From Mobula birostris (lineage: Eukaryota): a stretch of DNA of 64,000 nucleotides. Below are positions 42,240 to 55,200 of the stretch, one piece after another. The position numbers and the translations under genes were made by a program. The notes under the pieces were generated by a model that worked only from the letters and a program-made list of their open reading frames with translations, was not told where the DNA came from and ran no database searches. Location of the stretch: positions 102,910,408-102,974,407 of the forward strand of contig NC_092379.1 in NCBI RefSeq assembly GCF_030028105.1, in the 5' to 3' direction. How positions within the stretch are numbered: the stretch's first letter is position 1; each line of letters starts with the position of its first letter.

Positions 42240-42335
42240 TTGATGCCCCGCCCCACGTTGTGACCACTTCCGTGCGGGCGCCTCGTTCTAGCGCCAGAAT
42301 TCAAAAATTTCGCCGACGGTTACCGGAACAATCTC
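42240..42335 (+). promoter_or_regulatory. CpG-rich TATA-less promoter of the GCNA-like gene
   Basis: Local CpG cluster in a CpG-poor background; GC box CCCCGCCCC at 42246, ETS-like CACTTCCG at 42265, inverted CHR ATTCAAA at 42299, MYB/RFX-like CGGTTACCGGAAC at 42317-42329. Confidence 0.75.
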
Positions 42336-42410
42336 CTTTTTATTTTGGTCTTGGAGTGAGGCTCGGCCCTCGGCGTGGCACAGTACAGTATTCCGATTCT
42401 TGGTGTGCGG
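42300..42410 (+). other. GCNA: Putative non-coding first exon of GCNA (start position approximate)
   Basis: Strong donor CGG|gtaaga at 42411 just downstream of the CpG cluster; next acceptor ttgcag at 43096. Confidence 0.65.
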
Positions 42411-43113
42411 GTAAGAGTGAGGTGGTTCTGAGCCTGAGATTGACAGAACTCGGGAATCCTTTCCAGCTCAAGCAAGGTCCGTCCGGAGACTGCCATGCGG
42501 ACTTCTGCCCCGTTCTCTGAGTGACTCACTGAAACTGAATACATTGCAAACACCCAATTTGTCCAGCCTGCTGAACATTTCCAGCGGTTTTTGTTCTGTC
42601 AGATTTCCAGCATCTGCATTTGCTGGGTTTTCATTTCACTGTCGTAGTTCAGCTTTTGATTTCTCCCCCCCCCTTTTTTGTCACTATTTATTTAATTTAA
42701 CACACACACACACACACTCTCTGTAATTCACAGATTTTAGTATTAAATATTGCTGCCGTATAACAACAGTGATATTAAACCTGATTCTGATCTTGAAATA
42801 ACCCTGCATCTGGGCATTAGCCCTGAGAGCTAGCCTTTTCCCTGATGCTGCAAATTATCTCCCGGTGACACTGATTGTCAGTTGTAAGTTCGGAGTTTGT
42901 CCATCTATCCTTTCCAGTATTACGTATTTATATTTTCAGCGTTCTGTAGTGGAAATGTACATCCGGCAACATAATTCTAACGCCTGGTTGCCAAGAAATA
43001 TCTTTGTTAATTTAGCAATCTGCATTTGTTTCGCTTAATATTTCTATGAAGGTGAACGTGTTAGTGATTTTTGGATTTTAACCATTGATCTTGCAGCTGG
43101 TCATTGACTTGGG

Positions 43114-43200
43114 ATGGATGAAACATGCGGCTTGTTCCAGCGCTTAGCTGATCGACTTGGTTGGTCTAAATATGATGACCTGGATGTCCTTGAAACAGAG
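43114..43200 (+). CDS. GCNA: GCNA first coding exon (exon starts 43097): MDETCGLFQRLADRLGWSKYDDLDVLETE
   Basis: Good Kozak context GGGATGG; donor GAG|gtaagg. Confidence 0.8.
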
Positions 43201-46200
43201 GTAAGGCTGAAGCCAAAACTGCCTTTGAGGTTGACTCTACACATGGAGCCATTAGGCAGCTTGTAATAAATGTTTATACTGTAAGTGATTTAATTAAGAG
43301 CCATGAATATACTGTAATAAAAGTCAATCAAATTTAAACAACTTTCACCTAGTTTTCCCCTAATGGTGTAAAATAAGAAGACAGTCCCTTTTAGAACCGG
43401 ACTGCACAAAAGATTTGCAACAACACTTAATAAAATGTGGAGGCAGGATCGGTTAGAAATTCTAAACCTGTTTCATTTTGTCAAAGATATCACAGTCACT
43501 GAAGGAGGAGTTCCACATGCAAGCTCAATGTGGCTTGTTGGATATTGTATTTCACTGTCAAGAATGTCATTCCATCAGCAATGATCTTTTTTCCAGTATA
43601 AGTTCTTATTTCCCCAGACTTCAGTTTGATATCTTTGAAATGTGGTTCAAGCTTATTTTGTGGAATGACTGAAACAGGTGAGCCAGTGTCCAATTCCATT
43701 TTAATTAATTTGCTGTTTAATTCTGGTATAAGCCATATTGCTTGTCTATTGCTAATTTTCACACTGTAAATCTCAAGACTACACAATCCTATGTTGCTCT
43801 CATCACTATTAGATTAGTGCTCTTTTTGAAACGGCAACTTGACTTTATAGCCTTTTCCTCTTCCTTGAGCAGTCCATTTGTTTTTATCTGCCCAATGTAC
43901 TTTTTGTATGTCTTTGCCTTTAAATGTGCATTTGTTTGATGTATGTGAGTGCCTGCCACAATGGTAACACAATTTGTGCGGCCAGGCAAGTTTCATTTCA
44001 GATGTTGCAGTTTTGTTCATGCTCACTTTCATTCCTGGCTGCTACTCAATTGAACCTCTGTCTGCAGTTCCCATTGAAACAGCGATTTCCACTGTTCTTT
44101 TAAATATAAGTTGTGCTTCAGTTAGCCAATCTCCTAGTGTATCATTAAGCTCATTACTAAACTGACAATGTTCAGACAATCTCTTTAATTCAGCTACATA
44201 TGCTGAAACGAACTCCTCTTCATTTTGATTACGCTTATGAAACCTAGTGTTCTGCTTTATATGGTTTCACATAGTTCAGATTTTCACATAAAACAATTTT
44301 TATATTCTAGCCATTCACTTAACACCAATTTAATTAAGCTCAATATAGGCCCATGTTTGTTCCTATTTTTCTGTGTTTAATTTTAATCAGGACCCTGGAA
44401 AATGAGTTTACAGGTTTCCCCCACCATCCGAAGGTAGAGCGTTCCTATGAAACGGTTCGTAAGCCGAAATGTCGTAAAGCAAAGAAGCAATTACCATTTA
44501 TTTATATGGGAAAAATATGTGAGCGTTCGCAGACCCAAAAAATAACCTACCAAATCATGTCAAATAACACATAAAACCTAAAATAACAGTAACATATAGT
44601 AAAAGCAGGAATGATATGATAAATACACAGCCTATATAAAGTAGAAATACTTTTCCACAATCATTACTGAACTGTTTGTCGAAGCGAAAATCTCACGCAA
44701 GCGCTGTTGGCAGAAAATCTCACGCAAGCGCTGTTGGCAAGAACACTCTGTCCAGTTATCTTTAAACTATGAAGCTGCCAAATCATACCTAATAACACGT
44801 AAAAATACACAGCCTATATAAAGTAGAAATAATGTATGTACAGTGTAGTATCACTTACGGGAATCGGGAAGTCAACGCAGAGCACACTGATGATGGTGTG
44901 TTAGACTTGTCAGAGTTTGGGAGGTGCAGTGGCCCCCACCCTGTGGGCCGCTGAGCGATATATTGCCGCGAAGAACGCAGGGGTCCAGCGGTAGCCGGGA
45001 GGTACACAGCACATCTAAGAAAAAAGCCGAAACAAACATGCTAATTAATCAGATGCCGCCCGTAATTGTCGGCCCAGCTCAGTGCCGATTTCCGATTGCA
45101 TTGTCTCTGATCTGGGCCGGCAATTACGTGTCGGTGGCACCTAATTAATTAGCATGTTTATTTCGGCTTTTTTCTTAAAGATGTTCTGTGTGCCTCCCGG
45201 CTACCTTTGCATTCTCTGCTAATCGGTATCTGTCCGTGGCCTGGGGGTTGGGGTGGTGGGACACTGGGGTGTCATCTCGTCGTCTACTTCCATTAGAGCA
45301 GGCAGCTCATCTTCTATGACTGCCCGCCTCGATGTCGAAGGTCGAGGTTCATCGTCTGCTATAGCTGATGTGGAAGGCTTGCTTGACTGCTGAGCCTCGC
45401 GCATTTTTCTGTCACACAGTTCTTTAATAAGGACTCAAACCATCCTGCAAATATCCCCTAAACCGACGTACCCTTTCAAAATTAAAGTCGTACTTTATCA
45501 TTACTCATTCAGTTTCCATTGTTATCCTTTTTTCTTCCAATTGCATCAGCTCTTCATCTGTCAGTTCTTGGTGATGGGATGCCAAAACTCTTCAACATCA
45601 TGTTCGTCAGCTTCCACAAGCCAAACTCACATTGTCCTTATTTCGTTCACCATGATCAAAACGCTTAATTATGTCTAGTCTTACGCTAAGTGTAACACCC
45701 TTATGAGCTCTTTCAGGCTTTTCCGATACCATAGATCTCATCTTGCAAACGGCTGCTCACAGGCACGTGTTAAAGCAAAGCAGTTCCGAATCCGGGGGAG
45801 AGTGTCTGCTGGGGGCGCGCTGCCTTTTATCGCGCACTGATTTTTTCGCATGCTGATTTTTTATAGCGCGCTGAATTTTTTTTTCATAACAGTGAAAACA
45901 CCTGAAAGTGAGAACAGGGTACTAATGTAGGTCTTTTGTAACAGTGAGGTTTCGTAAAGCGAACGTTTCAAAAGCGGGGGACACCTGTATTTCATTTTCT
46001 TGCAGGCTAATATAGTTAGTCCCACTTGAAAAATAGCCGAATTGCATTGCAAAAAGGAAGGAATCAGTGAACTAGTTCTGTTGCATTTATGCTAGTTGAA
46101 ATATAAAGACACTGTTTTAGTTTTATTTTGGAGAGATTGTTTTAGAAAGCTACCTCCTGTTGCTGATTGATCTCTCATTATATTCTCCCAACACACTTAC

Positions 46201-49200
46201 TTGTGTCTTTTTCATCATTTTGCCTGATTATAAACCTTGTAAATTTTCTGGAAAACTCCTATAGATTCATGCAGTGTGTAAGCTGGCCATTCAGCCTAAC
46301 TTGTTCATTAAGTCCATTTGCCTGTGTTTGGCTCATATTCTTTTAAACCTTTCCTATTCGTACATCTGTCTAAGTATTCCTTTAATGTCGTAATTATTCT
46401 TGCCTCTGCCACTTTCTCTGGCAGCTTGTTCCACATAGTCATTACTCTGGGGAGGCGGGGGGGGGGGAGGTGAAGCCTGCTTCTTAGATCCCTTGTATAT
46501 CTTCCCCCTCCCATTTTAAATCTATGCCTACCAGTTGTAAACTCCCCTACCCTGGGATAAACATTTAGAAAATCATGTCCAGACCCCTTTGCTCTCGGGA
46601 AAACAATCTGTGTAACTCAGTTCAAGCAACATCTTTATGAATCTTTTCTGTACCCTCTCACTTCACATCCTTTCTATAATATTTCACGAGCATTACACAT
46701 AATATTCCAAGTGCATTCTAGCCAATGTTTTGTACAACTGTAACATGATGTCCCAACACAGTGTGTCTCCTGGCCAGGTTTAACTTCCTAGTAATGTAGT
46801 GTCCATTAATTTCTTTTGGAATTTAATTTCTAGGTTAAAAGCATTCTATCATTTTAAAGAAGTTCTTTTTGACTTTGGGTCAGTTGGAGATGGGTCTGTT
46901 TATAGAGATTATTTAGTTGTAAGCATGAGAAGACAATTTAGGAGGGAGCTCAAAACAGATTAATTATTGTTTTTATGAAGCAATTGATATAAGAATATGT
47001 CAAAATTGTTTTTGAGTGTTTATGCTGTTTGCTTCACAGCTTCAGCAAAAAATTCAGAAATCCAAACGGCAAGATCATGGTAAAGATATTTCGATCAGCC
47101 TGCCATCAGAATCTGGGGAGAGCCCAGATAACTATGATTCATGTGTGTGCAAGTTGACACTTTCTAGCTCGGAGGATATGGCTAAATCATGCTCAAAAGT
47201 ATTGGATAACGGACGAAAAGAACATGACAAATGTGCAGTGACTAAGAAAATGCTTGAAATGCCTCAAATTCACAGTGGAAATGAAGCTGACTTTGATTCC
47301 AATGATGACAGTTTTGAGATTTGTAAGTATGAAGTTGTGGTTTAGTGCTGATGTTTGCTTTATTGTAATTTGCATGTGCCAAGTATTGAGAAACACCGAA
47401 TTACATAGCATAGAACATAGAAAATTTACAACACATTACAGGCCCTTCGGCCCACAATGTTGAGCCAACCATGTAACCTACTCTAGAAACTGCCTAGAAT
47501 TTCCCTAGCGCATAGCCCTCTATTTTTCTAAGCTCCATGTACCTATCTAAGAGACTTAACAGACCCTATTGTATGAAGGAAGAGTAGTAGATGTAGTGTA
47601 TATGGATTTCAGCAAGGCATTTGATAAGGTACCCCATGCAAGGCTTATTGAGAAAGTAAGGAGGCATGGGATCCAAGGGGATATTGCTTTGTGAATCCAG
47701 AACTGGCTTGCCCATAGAAGGCAAAGAGTGGTTGTAGACAGGTCATATTCTGCATGGAGGTCGGTGACCATGGTGTGCCTCAGGGATCTGTTCTGGGACC
47801 CTTACTCTTTGTGATTTTTATAAATGACCTGGATGAGGAAGTGGAGGGATGGTTTAGTAAGTTTGCTGATGACACAAGGGTTGGAGGTGTTGTGGATAGT
47901 GTGGAGGGCTGTCAGAGGTTACAGCGGGACATTGATAGGATGCAAAACTGGGCTGAGAAGTGGCAGATGGAGTTCAACCCAGATAAGTGTGAAGTGGTTC
48001 ATTTTGGTAGGTCAAATATGGTGGCAGAATATAGTAGTAATGGTAAGACTCTTGGTAGTGTGGAGGATCGGAGGGATCTTGGGGTCTGAGTCCATAGGAC
48101 GCTCAAAGCAACTGCGCAGGTTGACTCTGTGGTTAAGAAGGCATACGGTGTATTGGCCTTCATTAATCGTGGAATTGAATTTAGGAGCCACGAGGTAATG
48201 TTGCAGCTATAATGGACCCTGGTCAGACCCCACTTGGAGTACTGTGCTCAGTTCTGGTCGCCTCACTACAGGAAGGATGTGGAAGCCATAGAAAGGGTGC
48301 AGAGGAGATTTACATGGATGTTGCCTGGATTGGAGAGCATGCCTAATGAAAACAGGTTGAGTGAACGCAGCCTTTTCTCTTTGGAGCGACGGAGGATGAG
48401 AGGTGACCTGATAGAGGTGTATAAGATGATGAGAGGCATTGATCATGTGGATAGTCAGAGGCTTTTTCCCAGGGCTGAAATGGTTGCTACAAGTGGACAC
48501 AGGTTTAAGGTGCTGGGGGGTAGGTACAGAGGAGATGTCAGTAAGTTTTTTACTCAGAGAGTAGTGAGTGCGTGGAATGGGCTGCCGGCAACGGTGGTGG
48601 AGGCAGATACAATAGTGTCTTTTAAGAGACTTTTAGATAGGTACATGGAGCTTAGAAAAATAGAAGGCTATGGGATGGTCTAGTAATTTCTAACATGTTT
48701 GGCACAAGTTTGTGGGCTGAAGGGCCTGTATTGTGCTGTAGGTTTTCTATGTTTCTATGTATCTGCTTTCACCGCTGCCGCCAGCAGTGCATTCCACGCA
48801 CCCACCACTCTCTGTGTGGAAAAACTTACTCCGACATCCCCTCGGTATCTATTTACAAGCATCTTAAAACCATGTCCCATTGTGTTAGCCATTTTACCCC
48901 TGAGAAAAAGCCCCTGGCTATCCATAACGATCAATGCCTCTCATCATCTTACGCACCTCTATCAGGTCACCTCTCATCCTCCGTTGCTCCAAGGAGAAAA
49001 GGCAAAGTATAGTCGGCCCTCCTTATCTGCGAGTTCCGCATGCGCGAGTTCAACCAATCGAGAAAACCCGGAAGTGTCTTCCANNNNNNNNNNNNNNNNN
49101 NNNNNNNNNNNNNNNNNNNNNNNNNNNNNNNNNNNNNNNNNNNNNNNNNNNNNNNNNNNNNNNNNNNNNNNNNNNNNNNNNNNNNNNNNNNNNNNNNNNN

Positions 49201-52200
49201 NNNNNNNNNNNNNNNNNCCGGGGGATGTGCGTAGGTTATCCTGGCTCAGGATCGAGAAAAAACCGGAAGTTCTCTTACGAAGTAAGTCAGAACAGGTACA
49301 CCCGGTATTATTTAGTGTCAGTTAGTCAAATGTTTGTCTTAGTATATAGCATATATTTTACCTTTCTATGCATATAAAACACTTAAGAAACACGTTTCAT
49401 TGCCGGGCTCAGGAACGGAAGTTACCGAGTTCGATCCAGTGACAGAGCGCTCCTGGGCGCACTCTCCATCCGTGCCCATCATTGTTTTGGAGACTAGTGC
49501 CACAGCTGATGAATAATTAAAGTTCTAGAGCTTTAATTATTGGTGTTTTGGTGTTTCAAACAGCAGCCAATCAGAGATCTGAAGTGTTAGAAGACGTAGC
49601 TCGCTCAGGTTCACCGTTGAGTACCTAAGGTATCGAGTTATGGCAGTTTGGTGTTTTGAGCAGTGGCCAATCAGCGATTGGGATTGATCGACAAGAACAA
49701 ATTAAAATAGGGCAGGGCAAGCAGAACAGCCAGTGTTGGAGCAGTTATTTGAGAATTTAGCTCTTTGAGGCTTCAGCGAGGAGAGGCTTGAGTGAGAGAA
49801 AGTGAAAAGCTGTAGCTAGATTCTCCCCGCACCCTGCACCCCCCCCCCCATAGTTTATTTATTGTTTTACCTTCTTTACTTGATTAGAACTGTGGGGACG
49901 CCAGGCAGGATAGTTGAATGCTCCTCTTGTGAGATGTAATGCAGGGAGACCTCCAGTGTCCCTGACAACTACACTTGCATGAAACGCATCCAGTTGCAGC
50001 TTCTAGCACTCTGCATGTCAGCGTTGGAGCTGGAGCTGGAAACTGTTGGTGGGGGGGAGGGGGTGTGATCTAGCAGAGGAAGGCCACAGTGGTCAGTTCT
50101 CTGGCACTGAGTGGGGGCGAGAAGACGAGCTGTAGTCATAGGGGATTCATTAGTTAAGGGAACAGAAAGGAGGATCTGTGGACAAGAACAAATTTCCCAT
50201 ATCATACTGTAACTCCCGGGTGCCACAGTCCAGGACATCTTTGACTGAGTCCTCAGCATTCTTAAGTGGGAGGGTGAACAGTCCACGTAGGTACCAATGA
50301 CATCGGTAGGGTGACAAAGTTCTGCAAGGAAGTTCAAAGGTGCCAAGTTAAAGATTTAGAAATAAAATTTAAAAATTAAACAGTTGCATGCTAAATTAAA
50401 GGATAGGGCCTCTAGGATTGTGATCTTAGGATTGCTACTTGTGCGACATGGAAGGGAGGCCAGAATTAGGAAGATTATACAGTTTAACATGTGGCTAAGG
50501 AATTGATGTAGGAGGGAGTTGTGTCTGATTGTTGGATCCTTGGACTCTCTTCCAAGGAATGTGGAATCTGTACAGAAGAGACATTTTGCACCTGAACTGG
50601 AAGGGGACTAATATCATAGCATGAAGGTTTGCTGGTTGGGGGGGGGGGGGGAATGTGCTTGTTTTAAACTAGAGTTGCAGAGGGATGGGATCCATTGTGC
50701 CAGAACAGATGGTAGAGGGGTTGTGGAACTAGATGTTACGACCTCAGACAAAATCAGGAATCAAAAGGTTGAGCATTGTGCAACTAATGTCCTGAGCCGC
50801 ATAAGTTTCAATGCAAGAAGTATCATAGCAAAAGCAGATGAGTTCAGGGCATGAATCATCATACTTAATTATGATATTGTAGTCATTAGTGAAACTTGTT
50901 TGCAGGAGGTGCAGGACTGGCAGCTCAATATTTTGGGGTTCCGTTGTTTTAGACGTGACAGAGTGGGAGGAATTAAAGGAGGAGGGGTGGTGTTAGTATT
51001 TGGGGAACTATCAAGACAGACTGGAGAACTTGTCTAGTGAGGTGTCATCAGTGGAACTGAGGAATAAGAAAGGTATGAGCACGTTAATGAGGCTATATTA
51101 CAGACTACCCAGAAGTCCATAGGATTTAGAGGAACAAATTTGTAGAGATCGCAGACTGCTGCAAGAAACATAAGGTTGTTATAGTAGGAGATTTTAACTT
51201 TCCACGTATTGATTGGAACTCCCATACTGTAAAAGGAGTAAATGGAGTAGAGTTTGTCAAATGCGTTTGGGAAAGTTTCTGTAATCAGTACATAGAAGTT
51301 CCAATGAGAGAGTGTGTGATACTTGATCTGCTATCGCGGAATTTGTGCACTTTGCATCTAGTGATCATAATGCCATTAGTTTCAAAGTAAATATGCAAAA
51401 AGATAGGTCTGGTCTGGGTTGAGATTCTTAATTGGTGAAAGACCAATTTTGATGTTATCAGAAAGGATCTGGCAGGTGTGTATTGGGATAGGCCGTTTTT
51501 TGTGGCAAAGGTGCACTTTGTTATTGAGAGGCCTTCAAAAGTGAAAGTTTGAGAGTACAAAGCTTGTATGTGCCTGTCGGAATAAAAGGTAAAGATCACT
51601 GGTTTAGGGGTCTTGATTTTCAAGAGAGATTGAGGCCCTGGTTAAGAAAAAAAAGTGTATAACAGGTTTAGGTAGGTAGGAAAAAATGAGGTACTTTTAA
51701 GGAGTATAAAAATGCAAGAGAACACTTAAGGAAATCAGGAGGGCTAAAAGAAGGCATGAGGTTGCCCTAGCAGAAAAGTGAAGGAGAATCCCAAGGGATT
51801 GTTGAGAGCAATTGATTGTAAGGGACAAATTGGTTCTCCAAAAGATCAAAATGGCAATCCATGTGTGGAGCCAAAAGAGATAGGACCTTAATTTTTTTGC
51901 ATCTGTATTTACTCAGGAGATGGACACAGAGTCTATAGAAGTAAGGCAAAGCAGCATCAAGGCCCTGGACCCTATACAGATTACAGAGGAGGTGTTTGTT
52001 GTCTTGAGGCAAATCAAGAGTGGATATATCCCCAAGGCCTGACAAGATGTCCCCTTGGATCCTGTGAAGGCAATTGTAGAAATTGCCTTTGGCCCTTGCA
52101 GAGACATTTAAAACATCCTTAGCCACAGGTGAGGTACCAGAGGATTGGCGGATAGCTAATGTTCTATTGTTTAAGAAAGGCTCTAAAATTAATCAGGAAA

Positions 52201-55200
52201 TTGTAGGCCATTGAGACTGACATCAGTAGTGGGAAAGTTATTGGAAGGTATTCAAAGTGACAGGATATATGAGTATTTGGATAGACAGGGACTGATTAGG
52301 GATAGTTAGCATGGCTTTGTGCATGGTAGTTGTGTCTAACCAATCTTGGAGTTTTTCAAGGTACTTACCATGAAAGTTGAACGCAAGGTAGCAGACATTG
52401 TCTACATGGGCTTTAGCAAGGTCTTTAACAAGTTCCCACATAGGATGTTGGTCAAGAAGGTTCAGTCGCTCAGTATTCAAGATGAGGTAGTAAATTGGAT
52501 TAGATACTTTGTTGTTGCACTTTGTGAGGTCCAACCAGGGTAGCTGTTGCACAGTGATTGGTAGCGCACTGAGGAGTGCTGTAGAATAAAGTATCTGGGA
52601 ATACAGGTCTGTAATTCATTAAGTGGTGTCACTGGTAGATAGGGTTTTAAAGAAAGCTTTGTACATTGGCCTTCATAAATCAAAGTATTGAGAACTGGAG
52701 ATGGGACGTTATGTCGAAGTTGTATAAGTCATTGCTGAGGCCTAATTTGGAGTATTGTGTGCAGTTTGGTCGCCTTGTTTACAGGAAAGATGTAAACAAG
52801 GTTAAAAGAGTACAGAGGCAATATACAAGGATGTTGCTGTGACTGGAGGACCTGAGTTATAAGAAAAGATTGAATAGGTTAGGACTTTATTCCTTGGAGC
52901 GTAGAAGATTGAGGGGAGATTTGATAGAGGTATACAAAATTGAGGGGTATAGATAGGGTAAATACAAGCAGGGTTTTTCCATTAAGGTTGAATGGGCTAC
53001 AACTAGAGATCATGGGTTAAGAGTGAAAGGTGAAAAGTTTAAAGGGAACATGAGGAAAAACTTCACTCAAGGTTGTGAGTGTGGGGAACGAGCCGCCGAT
53101 GCAAGTGGTGAATGCGAGTTTGATTTTAACGTGTAAGAGAAGTTTGGATAGATGTATGGATGGTAGGGGAATGGAGGGCTATGGTCCAGGTGCAGTTTGA
53201 TGGAACTAGGCTGTTTAAATGGTATGGCACAGACCAGATGGGCCAAAGGATCTTTCCTGCGCTGTACTTTTCTGTGACTCTTGTGAGTAGAATTCTTAAA
53301 TTTATAAATCCCAAGCAGGTATTTTTCCTACTTGTGCCTCTCCACCACCCCAATCCCAATTGGATTGATTGAAATGTAACTGATTTACTGCATGTATGAA
53401 AGAATGATTGCAAATGGAAGATATTAGTTTCCTTTTTAAGACCTCTTTGGTGTACAGCACTGTTTGAATGTTGTATGTGAGTTTAAAGAAAGTAGATTTG
53501 TCTGGCAAAGGTTTTAACTGTAAAGCTATGTATGTGTTTTTTTTTAAAAGTCAAGTTTATTATTTACATTTTTACATAATTTCTTTCAGCTTTGACCCAG
53601 AAGTTAGACTTCAAAGCAAATAAGCCCTCAAGAATCCAGAATAAAAGGTATGAGTATACACAAGACTTTGCTTCAATGAAACACAAAGTTAAATAATGCT
53701 GGTACTGGGAATCAAAAATAGTGCTGGAAATACCAAACAAATCGGGTAGCTTCTGTGGAGATGGAAACTGAGATGATGTTTTATCATAATTGGAAGAAGT
53801 TATAGGTGAACAGGTTTCAAGGTAGCAAAATTTGGGTGTGGTGGGGAGAAGGAAAGGGTAAAGCAGGTTTGTAAAGGGGTAGAAAGCAGGACAGATCAAA
53901 TACTTAAAATAGTGGAAATGAGTGACAATAGGAAACAAAGCTGTTCTGGAGAAGGCGGAAGAATAATTTATGCAGGATCGTTTTCTGAATTGTACTACAA
54001 AATTAGTGGGAGAAATTTCAATCCAATTGATTGAAATCCAACGGCTTTTCTGAACTATTGCATTAGTGATTTTGTTGAGCACATTCCCAACAAAAATCCC
54101 CATTTTGGAAGAAATATTGCATTTTGTTGATCAGCTGCTCACCTGTTTTTCTGCGTTCTTTAAAAATAATACAGCTTGATTTGGTCATGGACAGGATACA
54201 GAGGTATTTTGTCTTAATTATAGTAGAGATTCTTAAGATGAGATGTATAATGGAGCACAGTTAGGCCATTTGGCCCATTGAGTCTGCTCCGCCATTTCAT
54301 CATGGCTGATCCATTTTCGCTGTCAGTCCCAGACTCCTGCCTTCTCCCCATATCTCTTCATAACCTGCCCAATCCAGAATCTATCAACCTTTGCCTTAAG
54401 TATACATAAAGACTTGGCCTCCACCCCCAAGTTCCACAAATTCACCGCTCTGGCTAAAGAAGTTCCTCCATATCTTTGTCTAAAAGGACACCTGTCTATT
54501 CTGAGGCTGTATCCTCTGATCTTGTACTCTCCCACCATAGGAAACATCCTCTCTGCAGCCACTTTATCGAGCCCTTTCTTCATTCAATCGGTTTCAATTG
54601 GGTCACTACTTATTCTTCTGAATTCCAGTGAATACAGGCCCAGAACGATCAAATGCTCTTCATGTAACAAGCCATCCAATCCTGGAATAATTTTCGTGAA
54701 CCTCCTTTGAATCCTCTTCAGTGTTAGCGCATCCTTCCTAAGATAAGGGGCCTAAAACTGCTCTGAATATCCAAGTAAGGCCTCACCAATGCTTTGTAAA
54801 GCCTCAATATTACATTGTTCCTTTTATATTCTAGTCCTTTTGAAACAAATGCTAATATTGCATTTGCCTTCCTCATCACCAACTGCAAATTAACCTTCAC
54901 GGAATCCTGCACAAGGATTCTCAAATCCCTTTGCACCTCAGATTTTTGAATTTTCTCTCCATTAGAAACTAGTCTACCCTTTCTTTTTCTACCTATGTGC
55001 ATGACTATACACTTCCCGACACTGCATTCCATCTGCCATATTAATCATTCTCATTTTTTCTGTCTTGGTCCTTCTGCAGCCTCTCTACTTCCTCAAAACT
55101 ACTTGCCCCTCTACCTATTTTCATATCATCCACAAGCTTTGCAACAAAGCCATCAATTTTGTCATCCAAGTCGTATAATGTAAGAAGAATCGGTCCCAAC

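Noticed and set aside
48699-49377. ORFs spanning X residues
   Set aside because: Artefacts of translating through the N gap.
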